From positions 1-64,000 of the IMG/VR virus record IMGVR_UViG_3300020202_000064: a DNA stretch of 64,000 nucleotides. One strand, given 5' to 3'. A model generated the notes under the pieces. That model had not been told where the DNA came from, made no database searches, and worked only from the letters and a program-made list of their open reading frames with translations. Every line of letters begins with the position of its first letter. Position 1 is the first letter of the stretch. Shown in pieces: positions 33,809 to 44,087 of the stretch. The DNA is from a virus. A program made the position numbers and the translations under genes.

Positions 33809-34582
33809 TTATGAAACTTCATTAAGCGCGCGATTTATCGCATTATTACGTTCTATAGCTTTGTCTGTTGCTATCTTACATATCTCAATAATCCTCTCAT
33901 AAAGTTCTCGCTCTCTTAGAATGGATTTAACAATATTAATTTGATAGATTCCGCCCAAAATTTCCGCAATGTATCCTTTTTGCAAACCACTTCCTGTTTC
34001 GTAAGTTTTGACAGTGAGCGTCAAAACTTCCAAAGTTGATTCGCCACCAACCAAAGGAACTCCGCTAAATACAAGTTGTGAACGAGTTAGTGGTTGATGA
34101 ATACGTGTAAAAATAGTCTTAAGAGCGTTTCCGATAACCGCACCGCTGCGCGTTGTTATTTCTCGGGTTGTGGCAATAAGCGCAATTAACTCATTAAATG
34201 AAATACCGGCATCTCTAGCCGTCCCACCAACTCTCTCCAATGCTTCAACTAAATCACGCGTGGAGGCGGCAAAATGTGTATCGACTTTCGATAGCTTATT
34301 TAATGTAGTTGTGGTGGTAAGCTTATCAAAAGTTTTTAGAGTATTTGTTAACACTGTTATAGATTCACTAATACACAGACCGGACAGACGCGATAGAATA
34401 AGAGCGGCTCGCGTTTTTTTTAATATATCGTCCATATTAAGTCCCTGCCTCATAAATTCTCTTATGGTACTTGCGATAGTATCAGCGTTACTATTCGTGT
34501 CATGTGCGATATCGAACAAATCCCTTGTGAAATCCGCTAAATTATCTGAGTTTAAGTGGAATATTCCATTATCGTTTTTCAT
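33809..34582 (-). CDS. Stand-alone tape-measure core (TP901-type) domain protein
   Basis: DLVEALERVG..A...GISFNEL, TTRSGAVIGNALKTIFTRI. Confidence 0.7.
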   Translation of the reverse strand: MKNDNGIFHLNSDNLADFTRDLFDIAHDTNSNADTIASTIREFMRQGLNMDDILKKTRAALILSRLSGLCISESITVLTNTLKTFDKLTTTTTLNKLSKVDTHFAASTRDLVEALERVGGTARDAGISFNELIALIATTREITTRSGAVIGNALKTIFTRIHQPLTRSQLVFSGVPLVGGESTLEVLTLTVKTYETGSGLQKGYIAEILGGIYQINIVKSILRERELYERIIEICKIATDKAIERNNAINRALNEVS

Positions 34583-34583
34583 A

Positions 34584-35588
34584 TTATTCCTTATAATTTT
34601 GATTTATAATCTTCACGCTTAACATACCCTGTAATGATTCTGAATATCGTGAAAGGACGGGCCGCACAACAATACCCTCCGCAGGTTTACCATTTGGGTA
34701 GGTAAGGTTGTTTGCAAATTCGCGCAACCTCTCAATATTCCAAGTCTCATCCCAACGGAACGTATGCAAAACTGGAACCATACGCAAGGCCAAACTTCCA
34801 CAAATAGAATATAATCCCGAAAGACCAACATATTCCATAGTGCTGAAGTCCCTATATGTGAACACGTAATAGTCCAATTCGGTAAGGTCCATTTTATTGC
34901 CGTTTATCTTCGGTCCACAGACTTCACCCTGTAACGCTCCATTGATACCAAGTTGACGCATTTTATTGAAGACATCATATTTACGTTGCATTTGCCAAAA
35001 TGCGCTATCACCCTCTTTCAAAGTCAGACGGCGAGAACACACCATTTCTTCCGTCTCATTACGAATCATCGTACAACTGCTACCATCCATCTTCATCGAT
35101 ATATAGCAGGTTAATCCGTCAAATTCCTTAAGAGTACGAGGGGCCGAAAGAAGATTTGTTTCGTCTGTGATGGAAACATATTTTGTTGGGAAATTCCCTT
35201 TTGCCATACCCATCACTTCGGCGGCGAGCGGCTTTTCATAGTGGGTACACTTGAGTAGTTCGGACACTTCTGTTCCCTCAATACAATCCTCCAATTTCAT
35301 ACCCTTTTTCAACACAAGTTTAAGAGGACATACCAAACCCGAACTCGGTTCGCCACGAAACCGTGCGTTCCAAGTCCGCCATTTCTGCTTTTCCATAAAA
35401 GCAAAATAAGGATTATCCTTATCTACAATTGTATCAATTTGAATGAATACAACCAAGTCACCATCTTTATAATTATCGTCTTTCTTGATGACAACGGGCC
35501 ATTCGAGCACTTTGGCACATGCTAATTTATCAGCGTTCGGATGAACTCTTATAGAATGAATTTTCTCAATCGTCGCTATTTTATTCAT
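34584..35588 (-). CDS. RNA ligase, DRB0094 family
   Basis: N-terminal OB-like HPNADKL; KMDGSS, QGEVCG, EGIVVR, VKII. Confidence 0.9.
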   Translation of the reverse strand: MNKIATIEKIHSIRVHPNADKLACAKVLEWPVVIKKDDNYKDGDLVVFIQIDTIVDKDNPYFAFMEKQKWRTWNARFRGEPSSGLVCPLKLVLKKGMKLEDCIEGTEVSELLKCTHYEKPLAAEVMGMAKGNFPTKYVSITDETNLLSAPRTLKEFDGLTCYISMKMDGSSCTMIRNETEEMVCSRRLTLKEGDSAFWQMQRKYDVFNKMRQLGINGALQGEVCGPKINGNKMDLTELDYYVFTYRDFSTMEYVGLSGLYSICGSLALRMVPVLHTFRWDETWNIERLREFANNLTYPNGKPAEGIVVRPVLSRYSESLQGMLSVKIINQNYKE

Positions 35589-36332
35589 TTTTTATAATAG
35601 TAGTTGAGTTTTTATTCATTTGTGTCCAAATGGAGTCGAATACATTCTTACGTGCTTCCATTGTAAAACCCCAAATCGTGGCCCCATCATGGATACTTAG
35701 TGAACCGCGCAAAGTATCAAATAGAACTTGCCACTGTGCTTCCGTTATCGTTATTTTGCTCATTTGGTATCAATCCTAGTTCTTTCAATTTCTTTTCTAG
35801 TTCGGCGGCAAGCGCCAATCTAACCCTCAATCGGGAATATCCAGTCTGAGAAATGACAATATTCTTTGGGAGATATTTTAGCGTCAATCTAATTGGAGAG
35901 GTAGAATTAGCTCGGAATTCCCTAACTTCTATCTCACCCGGCTTTATTTCAAACTTAGGCTTTTCAACTGGTATGGTTGTATCTGTAGATGACATTAATA
36001 ATCCTTTTGTTCGGGTAAATCAATACCTTGTTCATTAATTAAGTTAAAAGTGGATGGGGGCATGGCAACAATACGTAAGCCGCTTTCAGCTTCCCAAAAT
36101 TGGATGCAGTCCATCATGAGGTGGATTCTTGTGTCTTCTGGAGTTTTCTTTTGGTCTAACCATGAAAATGCGCCAGAATATGTCTCATTTGGTAGCGTAT
36201 ATCGAAGATAAAATGGAACCTTATACTTAGAAAGGAATTCCATATATTCTTTTGTTTTCTCTAGGACCGCTGCGGTAACGTCATTTGTTACCTTTTCGGT
36301 ATCGGTAATTGCCCCGCCACGATGTTCGATTT

Positions 36333-36917
36333 TCATGTAATGATTGTTTTATTGTGTAGCTCTGACGGAATAGATAGATTGTAACCAGCAAGATTGAGTT
36401 TTTTAAACGCGAAGTCAACAATATATTGGTGTCCTCCAAGAACATAGTCCGCAAGTTTAATCATCCAGATATTTGGATTAGCTTGTGGACGGACCACAAA
36501 AACATAATTCCAAGCATACTCAAGATGCGCACGCGTTGGATAAGCGTCGGGATAACATATTAATGCTATAAAAGCCGCCGCAGTGGAACGGGAAATTCCG
36601 GCATGACAGTGAAAAAGGATGTGCGCATTTTTTTCTTCTTCCCATGTCAGCGCTTTGATAAATCGAATCAGGCGGCGAATATCAGATTCTTTTGCAAAGA
36701 GGAAGTCACTGTCAATAATCTGAGGAATTAAAGCGGCGTTAACATCGTCTACATCATCAAATTCTAAACGCAAAATGGCATCAAGCTTTTTATTGATGCC
36801 AAAAAATCCCCCAATAGGAGGGAAGTGGTCACCCGGACCACCAATAGAAACCAAATGAGTTACGCCCTTATCATAATAGGTTGGAACCTCATTAAAAGAG
36901 CATATCGAAATTTTCAT
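36333..36917 (-). CDS. Cys-dependent (PTP/DSP-like) phosphatase
   Basis: CX5R motif HCHAGISRS; RPQANPN. Confidence 0.85.
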   Translation of the reverse strand: MKISICSFNEVPTYYDKGVTHLVSIGGPGDHFPPIGGFFGINKKLDAILRLEFDDVDDVNAALIPQIIDSDFLFAKESDIRRLIRFIKALTWEEEKNAHILFHCHAGISRSTAAAFIALICYPDAYPTRAHLEYAWNYVFVVRPQANPNIWMIKLADYVLGGHQYIVDFAFKKLNLAGYNLSIPSELHNKTIIT

Positions 36918-36990
36918 AGGGAAGATTTTTCATATCTTGCCCCATACGTCAAGTAATTTTATTTACATTTGACGATTTTGTGCCAGAAAG

Positions 36991-37067
36991 TGGTGGCACT
37001 GCCCGAAATCGAATCGGGATTGACGCACCTTATGAGAGTGCCGCTCTACCAGTTAAGCTACAGTGCC
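36991..37067 (-). tRNA. tRNA-Met/Ile2(CAT)
   Basis: Cloverleaf, loop CTCATAA, CCA encoded. Confidence 0.9.
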
Positions 37068-37548
37068 GTAAGAAGTGAGAATTGGAACCCGAAGTAATAA
37101 GGGTGTGGATTTTACCCACATATGACGCGCCTTCCGCCTCACTTCTTGACCATTAATAAAACACATGATTCGAAATCAATCTTGTTATTTGGTATATTTT
37201 GCGAAAGAACGTTTTCCGTCACACTACTATTTACACGCGAAACTATCTAGATTTTCTTTTGATAGTTCTGCGCGTTAAATTTTTCTGATTGGCGTAACGC
37301 TTGCTGTAGGAATTCGATGTAAGTATTGATTGCCTGCACGTCTTCTTGCATGATAGCAATTTGCGCCTCAAGTAATTCTATTTTCTGTTGTTTTATGAGA
37401 ACTTGTTCAAATGCCTGTTTCTGAAACAATGCCAACTCTAATTGACGCTTTTGGATTATAAGCTTATCATCGATGGCATGAAGCCATCCAACGATATGAA
37501 AGAGGATAGCCAAAAAGAATACGCCGCCGATAATAAGGAGTCCTTTAA

Positions 37549-37830
37549 TCATGAGATTAGTTTTTTTAAGTCGTCTGGATGATAACCAATTTCCCAAATC
37601 GCGCCGTTAGTTTGATGAAACTTTTCTGCTTTTAAATGACAAGATGGGCATAGACTGATACCGTTGTCAAGTTCGTAACCCCCATCCTCGATAAGATTTC
37701 TATTAATGATATGATGGGCGTCCAAACTTATATCATCGTCAAATTTATCGCAAACTCGGCAGCGATGACCGTCGCGTTCAAAAACGGCTTTCCGAAACGC
37801 CGCCCTAATTTGTTTTTTCTTTACGGACAT
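37549..37830 (-). CDS. Small HNH endonuclease
   Basis: RDGHRCRVC, DAHH, NGISLCPSCH. Confidence 0.85.
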   Translation of the reverse strand: MSVKKKQIRAAFRKAVFERDGHRCRVCDKFDDDISLDAHHIINRNLIEDGGYELDNGISLCPSCHLKAEKFHQTNGAIWEIGYHPDDLKKLIS

Positions 37831-38368
37831 ACCAACTTGGCAAATTATCCTCGGTTGTAGACCAAATCATTCCTTTATCAAAGAAGAAGTTGTCTACACA
37901 GCGTTTCACTTCAACAAGGTTACGACGAACAAATGAGTTTTTGTAATCATGCCCCGCAATTATGCCGCCTACTTTTACTTTTGGATACCACGCTCGTAAG
38001 TCCGTACTAACTGAATGATAGTCGTGCCGCGCATCAAGATAAACAAAATCAATTGAATTATCCTGAAAAGTCTTTGCGGCATCAATCGAAAATTCCCGCA
38101 TAATGACTGAACGTGTGCCAAATTGCTTAAGCATGTCCCGACATACGTTATACGCTTCATCATGTTCCTGCTGCGAAACATTTGATGCATCAAACATCAC
38201 ATCTTCCTGATGTTTCCACGGGTCCACCGAAAACAACCTTTTACCTTTCCAATGTTCAAGTATGAACCACGAAAAAAAACCATCGTGAACTCCGACTTCT
38301 ACAGCATCGCCGGTCAGTCCAAGTTGATTTAAGAGAGTAGGGAAGCAGTCTCTATCTGGGATTTGCAT
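37805..38368 (-). CDS. Class I SAM-dependent methyltransferase (Methyltransf_24-like)
   Basis: VEVGV, VDPW, YLDARH, GGIIAGHDY. Confidence 0.85.
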   Translation of the reverse strand: MQIPDRDCFPTLLNQLGLTGDAVEVGVHDGFFSWFILEHWKGKRLFSVDPWKHQEDVMFDASNVSQQEHDEAYNVCRDMLKQFGTRSVIMREFSIDAAKTFQDNSIDFVYLDARHDYHSVSTDLRAWYPKVKVGGIIAGHDYKNSFVRRNLVEVKRCVDNFFFDKGMIWSTTEDNLPSWYVRKEKTN

Positions 38369-38712
38369 TACTTTGTTTGCAAAGCCAACCAGAATGCATC
38401 AGGATGGTCAAGATATTTTTCTATATTTTTCTCGTCGCCAGTATCATCCTCTAACTCGTTCTCTGTCTGGGGTTTATTTTCTGCTTCCATAGTTGGAGCC
38501 GATAGCGGGCACGACTCCGCGACATTCTCATTACCAATGAGACATTCTACATCTGAATTATATCGGCAAAAATTTGTTTCTTGGCGGCTTGACGGGTAGT
38601 CTTTTTTAAACGTTTATGTTCCATATTCGAACATATCGGGCAACCAGAACCATGAGGTTTGGAATGCAGATTACCCGATTTTTTCTTTCGCAATCCATAG
38701 GGCTTCATAAAT

Positions 38713-38788
38713 TGGTGGATAAGGAGAGTTTCGAAATCTCAACCTCTAGAGTGTCGTTCTAGCCGTCTGCCTTTGACTATACTTATCC
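38713..38788 (-). tRNA. tRNA-Val(GAC)
   Basis: Cloverleaf, loop ACGACAC (C33 atypical), CCA. Confidence 0.8.
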
Positions 38789-38790
38789 GT

Positions 38791-38884
38791 TGGCGGAAGA
38801 TACAGGATTCGAACCTGTGGGGCCATATTTCAGACCCAAAACTTTAGCAAAGTTTCTCGATAAACCGGACTCCGACAATCTTCC
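38791..38884 (-). tRNA. tRNA-Ser(GCT)
   Basis: Class II cloverleaf, loop TTGCTAA. Confidence 0.92.
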
Positions 38885-38885
38885 A

Positions 38886-39407
38886 TTAATTAAATATTTT
38901 CAAAAACATAAATACAAGTTTTACAACCCACTTAGGATAAACAATAACCTTAACATTACCACCTTCCACAGTCGGCTTATCGGCGTTTAAAACGCGAACA
39001 CGCACCGGCTTGCCATCTGAAGAAGTAACATTTCGTAAAACAACGTTTGTTGTGCGCGCCTTTGTAATTGGGGTGAAATTCCCCAAATCGATATCAACGG
39101 TCTTACCATGTTGTTCAATTATAACATTTTCAAGCGCAACCAAATCGCAACCACCTTTGATTGTAACAACATATTTACCAGCGCCATACAGCCGACAATT
39201 TTTGAGATGGATAAGTTGCGAGTAGCGCATGATATCAATTGCGTCTTCCTGAGAGCCGAAGATTGTGGTGTCGTATATCGCCGCTCGATTTACGTGGCTT
39301 AACTTCAGGGTATCACTGTAACTTTCATCAGGAGGGGAAATACTTTCCCCAATAATAACAACATCTTCAGTGTCAGCGTAACTTCGGTAATTTTTATCTG
39401 CGGCCAT
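38886..39407 (-). CDS. Pectin-lyase-like beta-helix protein
   Basis: EDAIDI and repeated I/V-x-N strands. Confidence 0.55.
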   Translation of the reverse strand: MAADKNYRSYADTEDVVIIGESISPPDESYSDTLKLSHVNRAAIYDTTIFGSQEDAIDIMRYSQLIHLKNCRLYGAGKYVVTIKGGCDLVALENVIIEQHGKTVDIDLGNFTPITKARTTNVVLRNVTSSDGKPVRVRVLNADKPTVEGGNVKVIVYPKWVVKLVFMFLKIFN

Positions 39408-39463
39408 ACTCTAATTTACACTAAAAATATTGCAAACGTAACATATTTTCTTGTAGAATAATT

Positions 39464-39988
39464 TTGTACTCTAAAGATATGAAAACTTCCATAAATCAAG
39501 AAAAAATTGAAATGATGAAATCGTTAAAATTAAGTGGTCTCAGCTATAGGTTAATTGCGGAGCAAATCAAGTGTTCTATCGGAACTGTAAAGTATCACTT
39601 GGACCCCAATTTTAAAGAGAGTGTGAAAAAGCGACACAAAATGAACACAAAAAAGTATTATCACATGTACAAAGGAAAATATTGCACATGCGGTTTATCG
39701 AAAAAGGTCGCCTTCTTTTTTAGAAAGACTGGTCGAAAATTTACAACAAAAGACCTACGTAACAAGCTTGGTGATAATCCAATGTGTTATTTAACAGGAA
39801 TTCCGATTAACCTCGATAAAACAGAAACTTATCAATTAGACCATATTATGCCGCGGTCTAGGGGTGGAGACAATTCATTAGAAAATTGTGGGCTGGTTAC
39901 AAAAGAAATTAATTTGGCAAAATCAGATAAAACACCAGAAGAATTTATAGCGTTATGTAGGAAAGTTGTAGAACGAGTCAATAAATAA
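39464..39988 (+). CDS. HTH-HNH endonuclease
   Basis: CYLTG, LDHIMPRSRGGDNSLEN, NLAK. Confidence 0.85.
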   Translation: MYSKDMKTSINQEKIEMMKSLKLSGLSYRLIAEQIKCSIGTVKYHLDPNFKESVKKRHKMNTKKYYHMYKGKYCTCGLSKKVAFFFRKTGRKFTTKDLRNKLGDNPMCYLTGIPINLDKTETYQLDHIMPRSRGGDNSLENCGLVTKEINLAKSDKTPEEFIALCRKVVERVNK

Positions 39989-40364
39989 TATCGTTGCAAA
40001 CAATTTATTACGTCGTTTACAACGTCAACCATAGATTATTAATCACTCCAGAGAACTTGCTTAATGTCAATTAAGCTTTATTCATAACCTATTTCACTCA
40101 TTGACCGGTTAGTGAACTCATTTTCAGCACTTATGATGAAAATGTTTTCGGTTGAAATGGCAGCTTTTCATCGAATATTATCGATTGTTCTCATACTACC
40201 CTTGTCTCTATTTATACTGAGCTTTCGGTTGAAATTATAAAAATTCTGCATCTAGCGGAACAGCGAAACCCCGCAAGCCTTTCCGGTTTGGAAACGCTAT
40301 TAACGCCATTTTTCCCACACTATGCTGCACTCTCGTATGGAAGTGGTCTTTTAGCTATAGATGC

Positions 40365-40442
40365 TGGTGGTTATGGAGGGATTTGAACCCATCACTATAC
40401 TCGTTTTGAGTGAGGTGTCTCTACCGGTTGGACTACATAACC
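40365..40442 (-). tRNA. tRNA-Leu(CAA), short variable arm
   Basis: Loop CTCAAAA, CCA. Confidence 0.8.
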
Positions 40443-40445
40443 AAA

Positions 40446-40559
40446 CTAAGCCCTTTTTTTTGGATGCTACCATTACATTAGAGCGGCTTCCAACTCCGCT
40501 TGCCGACTCGAACGGCTCTCCTTGTTTCGTAGACAATTTTTGTTTGCTGTATGGGCTAA
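40446..40559 (-). ncRNA. ACAGC-stem RNA 1 (Y-RNA-like, permuted tRNA core)
   Basis: TTAGCCC-ATACAGCAA...GGGCTTAG enclosing T arm GCCGTTCGAGTCGGC, acceptor-like hairpin, D-like TAATGTAATGGTAGCAT. Confidence 0.75.
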
Positions 40560-40565
40560 TGGAAG

Positions 40566-40643
40566 TGGAGTTGACGGAGGCACTCGAAACCTCATGATAT
40601 CCTCTTTACAAGAGAGGTGCTTTTCCTCTTAAGCCACGTCAAC
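40566..40643 (-). tRNA. tRNA-Thr(TGT)
   Basis: Loop CTTGTAA, CCA. Confidence 0.88.
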
Positions 40644-40702
40644 GTTAAATCGATACAAAATTTCGTGTAATCTAATTCGAGCCTAAATAAAGGATTCGAA
40701 TT

Positions 40703-41101
40703 ATGAATATTAAAGAACAATGTCTGAAACTAAAATCAGAAAATCCAAAAATGTATTATAAAGAAATCGCAAAGATTGTCGGGTGTCAACCAAGCACTGT
40801 TTGCTATCATTTGAATGAAGACACGAGAAAAAATTACCGACATCGCCAATCTAAAAACAGAAGAATTAATAATAATGCATTAAAAAGTGTTAACGGCGGT
40901 AAATGTAAACTTTGTGGTTACTGCAAATCTTTGTCCGCTCTGCATTTTCATCATTTAGACCCAGATACGAAAACCGATGAAGTTTCAAGAATATTGAGAA
41001 CGCGCGGAAAATTAGCAGCCACGAACGAAGCAAAAAAATGTATTCTTATTTGTGCTAATTGTCATCATGAAATCCACGACGGATTAATAAAATTAGAATG
41101 A
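40703..41101 (+). CDS. HTH-HNH endonuclease
   Basis: CKLCG, LHFHHLDP, CILICANCH. Confidence 0.85.
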   Translation: MNIKEQCLKLKSENPKMYYKEIAKIVGCQPSTVCYHLNEDTRKNYRHRQSKNRRINNNALKSVNGGKCKLCGYCKSLSALHFHHLDPDTKTDEVSRILRTRGKLAATNEAKKCILICANCHHEIHDGLIKLE

Positions 41102-41103
41102 AA

Positions 41104-41178
41104 TGGAGTCCCGTATCGAACTTGAATCGATTTATTCGCGTTACGAATGCGAGGCATCACCATCAATGCTTACAGGAC
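41104..41178 (-). tRNA. tRNA-Thr(CGT)
   Basis: Loop TTCGTAA, U73 as in Thr(TGT), CCA. Confidence 0.78.
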
Positions 41179-41339
41179 GAAAAATTATTTTCTTTGGCGA
41201 TTTCTAAATATGATTTTTCGCCGGGTTTTTGCTGTATAAAATAATCCAACACCCTTGCTATTTCAAGGGGGTCTGTTCCTCGCTCAACCGAAGTAATTGT
41301 TAACTCCAATAGTTCCTTTTTCTTTTGATTATTCATAGA

Positions 41340-41416
41340 TGGCGCGACCAGCCCGATTCGAACGGGCACTAAAGCTACTTAGAAGGAAGCTTGACTTTCC
41401 AATTGCCGATGGTCGC
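41340..41416 (-). tRNA. tRNA-Arg(TCT)
   Basis: Loop CTTCTAA, CCA. Confidence 0.88.
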
Positions 41417-41653
41417 AAAAATTATTTATCGATTCTACGGATGGATTGATGTTCCTTAACGCGCATTTTGTCAAGTTCTTTCTGACTATAAATTTTGCGC
41501 ACTGCTACACCAACATATTTCTTTGGCAGAAAACCAATTGCACAATGTAAACCGATGCGAAATGGAATCTCCGCAATCAACCTTTCGCTTTCTCGCTTGG
41601 CGGCGCTTTCCTCAAATTCGCCAATATTATCATCTACCATCCAATTTTTCATA

Positions 41654-41748
41654 TGGTGGTTCCTGTCAGAATCGAACTGACGCTCGGCGGCAATCTACCG
41701 CATACAGGTTATAAATCTGTCGGTGCTCTCCAATTACACTAAGGAACC
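41654..41748 (-). tRNA. tRNA-Ile(TAT), long variable arm
   Basis: Loop TTTATAA; variable hairpin GCGGTAGATTGCCGC; CCA. Confidence 0.8.
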
Positions 41749-41869
41749 AAGCGAACCGTTTGCTTGAAGGCACTTTTACCCATCTACCCACAAACTTAAT
41801 TTTGCACCACGGTTCGACAGACAACTCACCCTCACATAACAGGTATTCTTCTGTGAGGGGACTAGCAAA

Positions 41870-41947
41870 TGGCATCCACGGTGAGCCTTGAACTCACATA
41901 TGACCAACTTGAGAGGTTGGTGACTTTGCCAATTTGTCAACGTGGAC
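41870..41947 (-). tRNA. tRNA-Glu(CTC)
   Basis: Loop CTCTCAA, CCA. Confidence 0.88.
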
Positions 41948-41959
41948 AAAAGGTCCAAC

Positions 41960-42223
41960 TTAATGAACTGATTTATCAGAAGGATTTTCTATACTTCTTT
42001 GAATTACTTTTGCACTTAGTAAGGTTAGCAAATAACTACCTAACGTTGCACCTACACTCGCGGGTATTTCCACAAGCGCGCCCGTCTTAATACAGGCGAA
42101 TAACCAGCCGCCGCAGATAGTTGTAAGAATCAGCATCGTACCAAGGAACACAACCAAACGTGTCGTGGAAGGGGTGTCAGGGGCTTCTTCCAAAGCCTTG
42201 CCTAACCAAGTAAAAAAGTTCAT
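41960..42223 (-). CDS. Small two-TM membrane protein (possibly holin-like)
   Basis: PSTTRL plus two hydrophobic helices; GTGTAA motif 8 nt upstream. Confidence 0.5.
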   Translation of the reverse strand: MNFFTWLGKALEEAPDTPSTTRLVVFLGTMLILTTICGGWLFACIKTGALVEIPASVGATLGSYLLTLLSAKVIQRSIENPSDKSVH

Positions 42224-42258
42224 AATCTGAATTACACGTAAGAATCAATCATTTAGCA

Positions 42259-42341
42259 TGGTGGTCAAGGTGGGACTCGAACCCACAAGCCGAAGCATAT
42301 GCACCTCAAGCATACGTGTATGCCAATTTCACCACATGACC
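42259..42341 (-). tRNA. tRNA-Leu(GAG)
   Basis: Loop TTGAGGT, class II, CCA. Confidence 0.92.
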
Positions 42342-42699
42342 ATAACGGATTTTAACGTAGAAAGCCGCAAACGCACAATATCATGTCCAATCCCAAGCGT
42401 TATCTCTTGGTTCTCTGGGTAAATTAACTTCTTCCTCGTCTATATTTCCCGCGCGTAGGTTTTTTAGTTCCTGATTGCGCTCGGCGCGACGGGCGCGCTC
42501 TCTCATTTGTTTGTGCCATTTTGGCGATTTATCCCAACGCTTTTTATCGCGAGTAAATTTCCATTCTGGCGTATTGTCAACAAGCGGTTCTCCCCACATC
42601 ATTATAGTGGGGCGCTTGCCACGTAGTTTCCTATCGTCAAAACGGCGTGTTCTGCTCATAGGAAGAAGCCTTTCGGCTGAGGTTTGTATTGGTAGAAGA

Positions 42700-42779
42700 T
42701 GGGGTATACGACGGGGCTTAAACCCGCAGGGACCAAGCTTCACAGGCTTGTGCGTCTAATCAATTTCGCCACGTATACC
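42700..42779 (-). tRNA. tRNA-His(GTG) with encoded G-1
   Basis: Loop CTGTGAA; G-1:C73 pair; CCA. Confidence 0.88.
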
Positions 42780-42783
42780 ATAA

Positions 42784-42911
42784 CTAAGTTCATTTTTATA
42801 TTGTCGCCTAAACCAGACTAGGCTACTTCCGCATATTGTAAATGGTGCGGAAGGTGGGATTTGAACGCCACGTATAACAATTTCCATGAAATTGGATGCT
42901 GTTAGAACTTA
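42784..42911 (-). ncRNA. ACAGC-stem RNA 2 (permuted tRNA core)
   Basis: TAAGTTC-TAACAGCAT...GAACTTAG enclosing T arm, CTTCCGC-ACCA, linker, GCGGAAG, D arm. Confidence 0.8.
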
Positions 42912-43717
42912 AATTGGTTTTTGATTTTATTATAAATCGTCATTTTTCTTCGTGTAATCTTTTATGGCAGGACCATAAGGATTCGAAAAAGATGATTAAA
43001 CTATTTACTGATAAAGAATTTAATTCGGCTAAATCGCGGGATTTACTACCTCTTAAATGCGAAAAATGTGGAAAAACTTTCCACAAGGCAAAACACAGAA
43101 TACAGGATGCCTTATCGACCAAGACGAAGCTTTTCTGGAAATTTTGTTCTAAACGATGCAGTGATGAACACTTCGAAACATCCATAGAAGTCGAATGTTG
43201 CCAGTGCAAACGGAAAACATTCAAAACCCCGTCAGAGATAAAAAAAGTAAGACGCCCATTTTGTTCACAATCTTGTGCAGCTTTATATAACAACACGCAT
43301 AAAACACACGGAACATCTCGTTCAAAACTAGAAAAATGGTTGGAATCTAAATTAATAACTGAATATCCCGAATTAGAATTTCATTTCTCAAGAAAAGATG
43401 CTATCAACGGTGAACTAGATATTTATATTCCATCATTAAAATTGGCATTTGAGTTAAACGGGATTTTCCATTATGAACCAATTTATGGTAAGGAACAATT
43501 AATCAAAATGCAGAACAACGATAAACGAAAGTTCCAAGCGTGTTTAGAAAATGGAATAGAACTATGTATTATAGATACAACGTCTCAAAAGTATTTTAAA
43601 GAAAATACCTCTTTAAAATTTCTTAATATCATCCGAGATATAATCGAAAGAAAAATGGCAGGACATGTAGGTGAGGAACCCACTTCTTCGCGTTTGGAGT
43701 GCGAGGCACATACCTAA
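42896..43717 (+). CDS. Zn-ribbon-containing endonuclease, PD-(D/E)XK-like (probable start 42992)
   Basis: CxxC/FCS repeats; ELDIYIP, AFELNG, HY. Confidence 0.75.
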   Translation: MLLELKLVFDFIINRHFSSCNLLWQDHKDSKKMIKLFTDKEFNSAKSRDLLPLKCEKCGKTFHKAKHRIQDALSTKTKLFWKFCSKRCSDEHFETSIEVECCQCKRKTFKTPSEIKKVRRPFCSQSCAALYNNTHKTHGTSRSKLEKWLESKLITEYPELEFHFSRKDAINGELDIYIPSLKLAFELNGIFHYEPIYGKEQLIKMQNNDKRKFQACLENGIELCIIDTTSQKYFKENTSLKFLNIIRDIIERKMAGHVGEEPTSSRLECEAHT

Positions 43718-43731
43718 TATACCAATGTCCT
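43656..43731 (-). tRNA. tRNA-Trp(CCA), atypical T loop
   Basis: Loop CTCCAAA; T loop TTCCTCA; G73, CCA. Confidence 0.8.
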
Positions 43732-43902
43732 ATAAAGTCATTTCTGACCATCTAAATATTTCTTGAACGCATCTTGATTTTTAATCGCCGCCCGAAGTTC
43801 TGGCGTCGTATCATCAATATACAACGGACATTGTACTGGTTCGTGATAACAGCCTTCGGCCAATATTTCTTTTATTTCTTCAATAGTCGTCTGATTCATA
43901 AT

Positions 43903-43979
43903 TGGTGCAAATGGAAGAAATCGAATCCTCAGTATAACTACGTTCGAAGCGTAGGTGGCTCTCCTGTGCCAGCATTTGC
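43903..43979 (-). tRNA. tRNA-Arg(TCG)
   Basis: Loop CTTCGAA, short D arm, CCA. Confidence 0.8.
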
Positions 43980-44010
43980 GTGTTTTAATTTTAGCTACGT
44001 ATGTATTAAA

Positions 44011-44087
44011 TGGTGGGGGCCGAGCGAATTGAACGCTCACATCAAGATTTTCAATCTAGCATGCTCACCAGTTTACATCAAACCCCC
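44011..44087 (-). tRNA. tRNA-Phe(GAA)
   Basis: Loop TTGAAAA, CCA. Confidence 0.88.

Noticed and set aside
535-36038. Numerous plus-strand ORFs in the track
   Set aside because: Antisense shadows of motif-bearing minus-strand genes with no recognisable domains.
40030-40200. Possible stop-interrupted ORF (MRTIDNIR*KAAIST...)
   Set aside because: Mixed TGA/TAA stops and no recognisable homology; cannot be supported as recoded or as a pseudogene.
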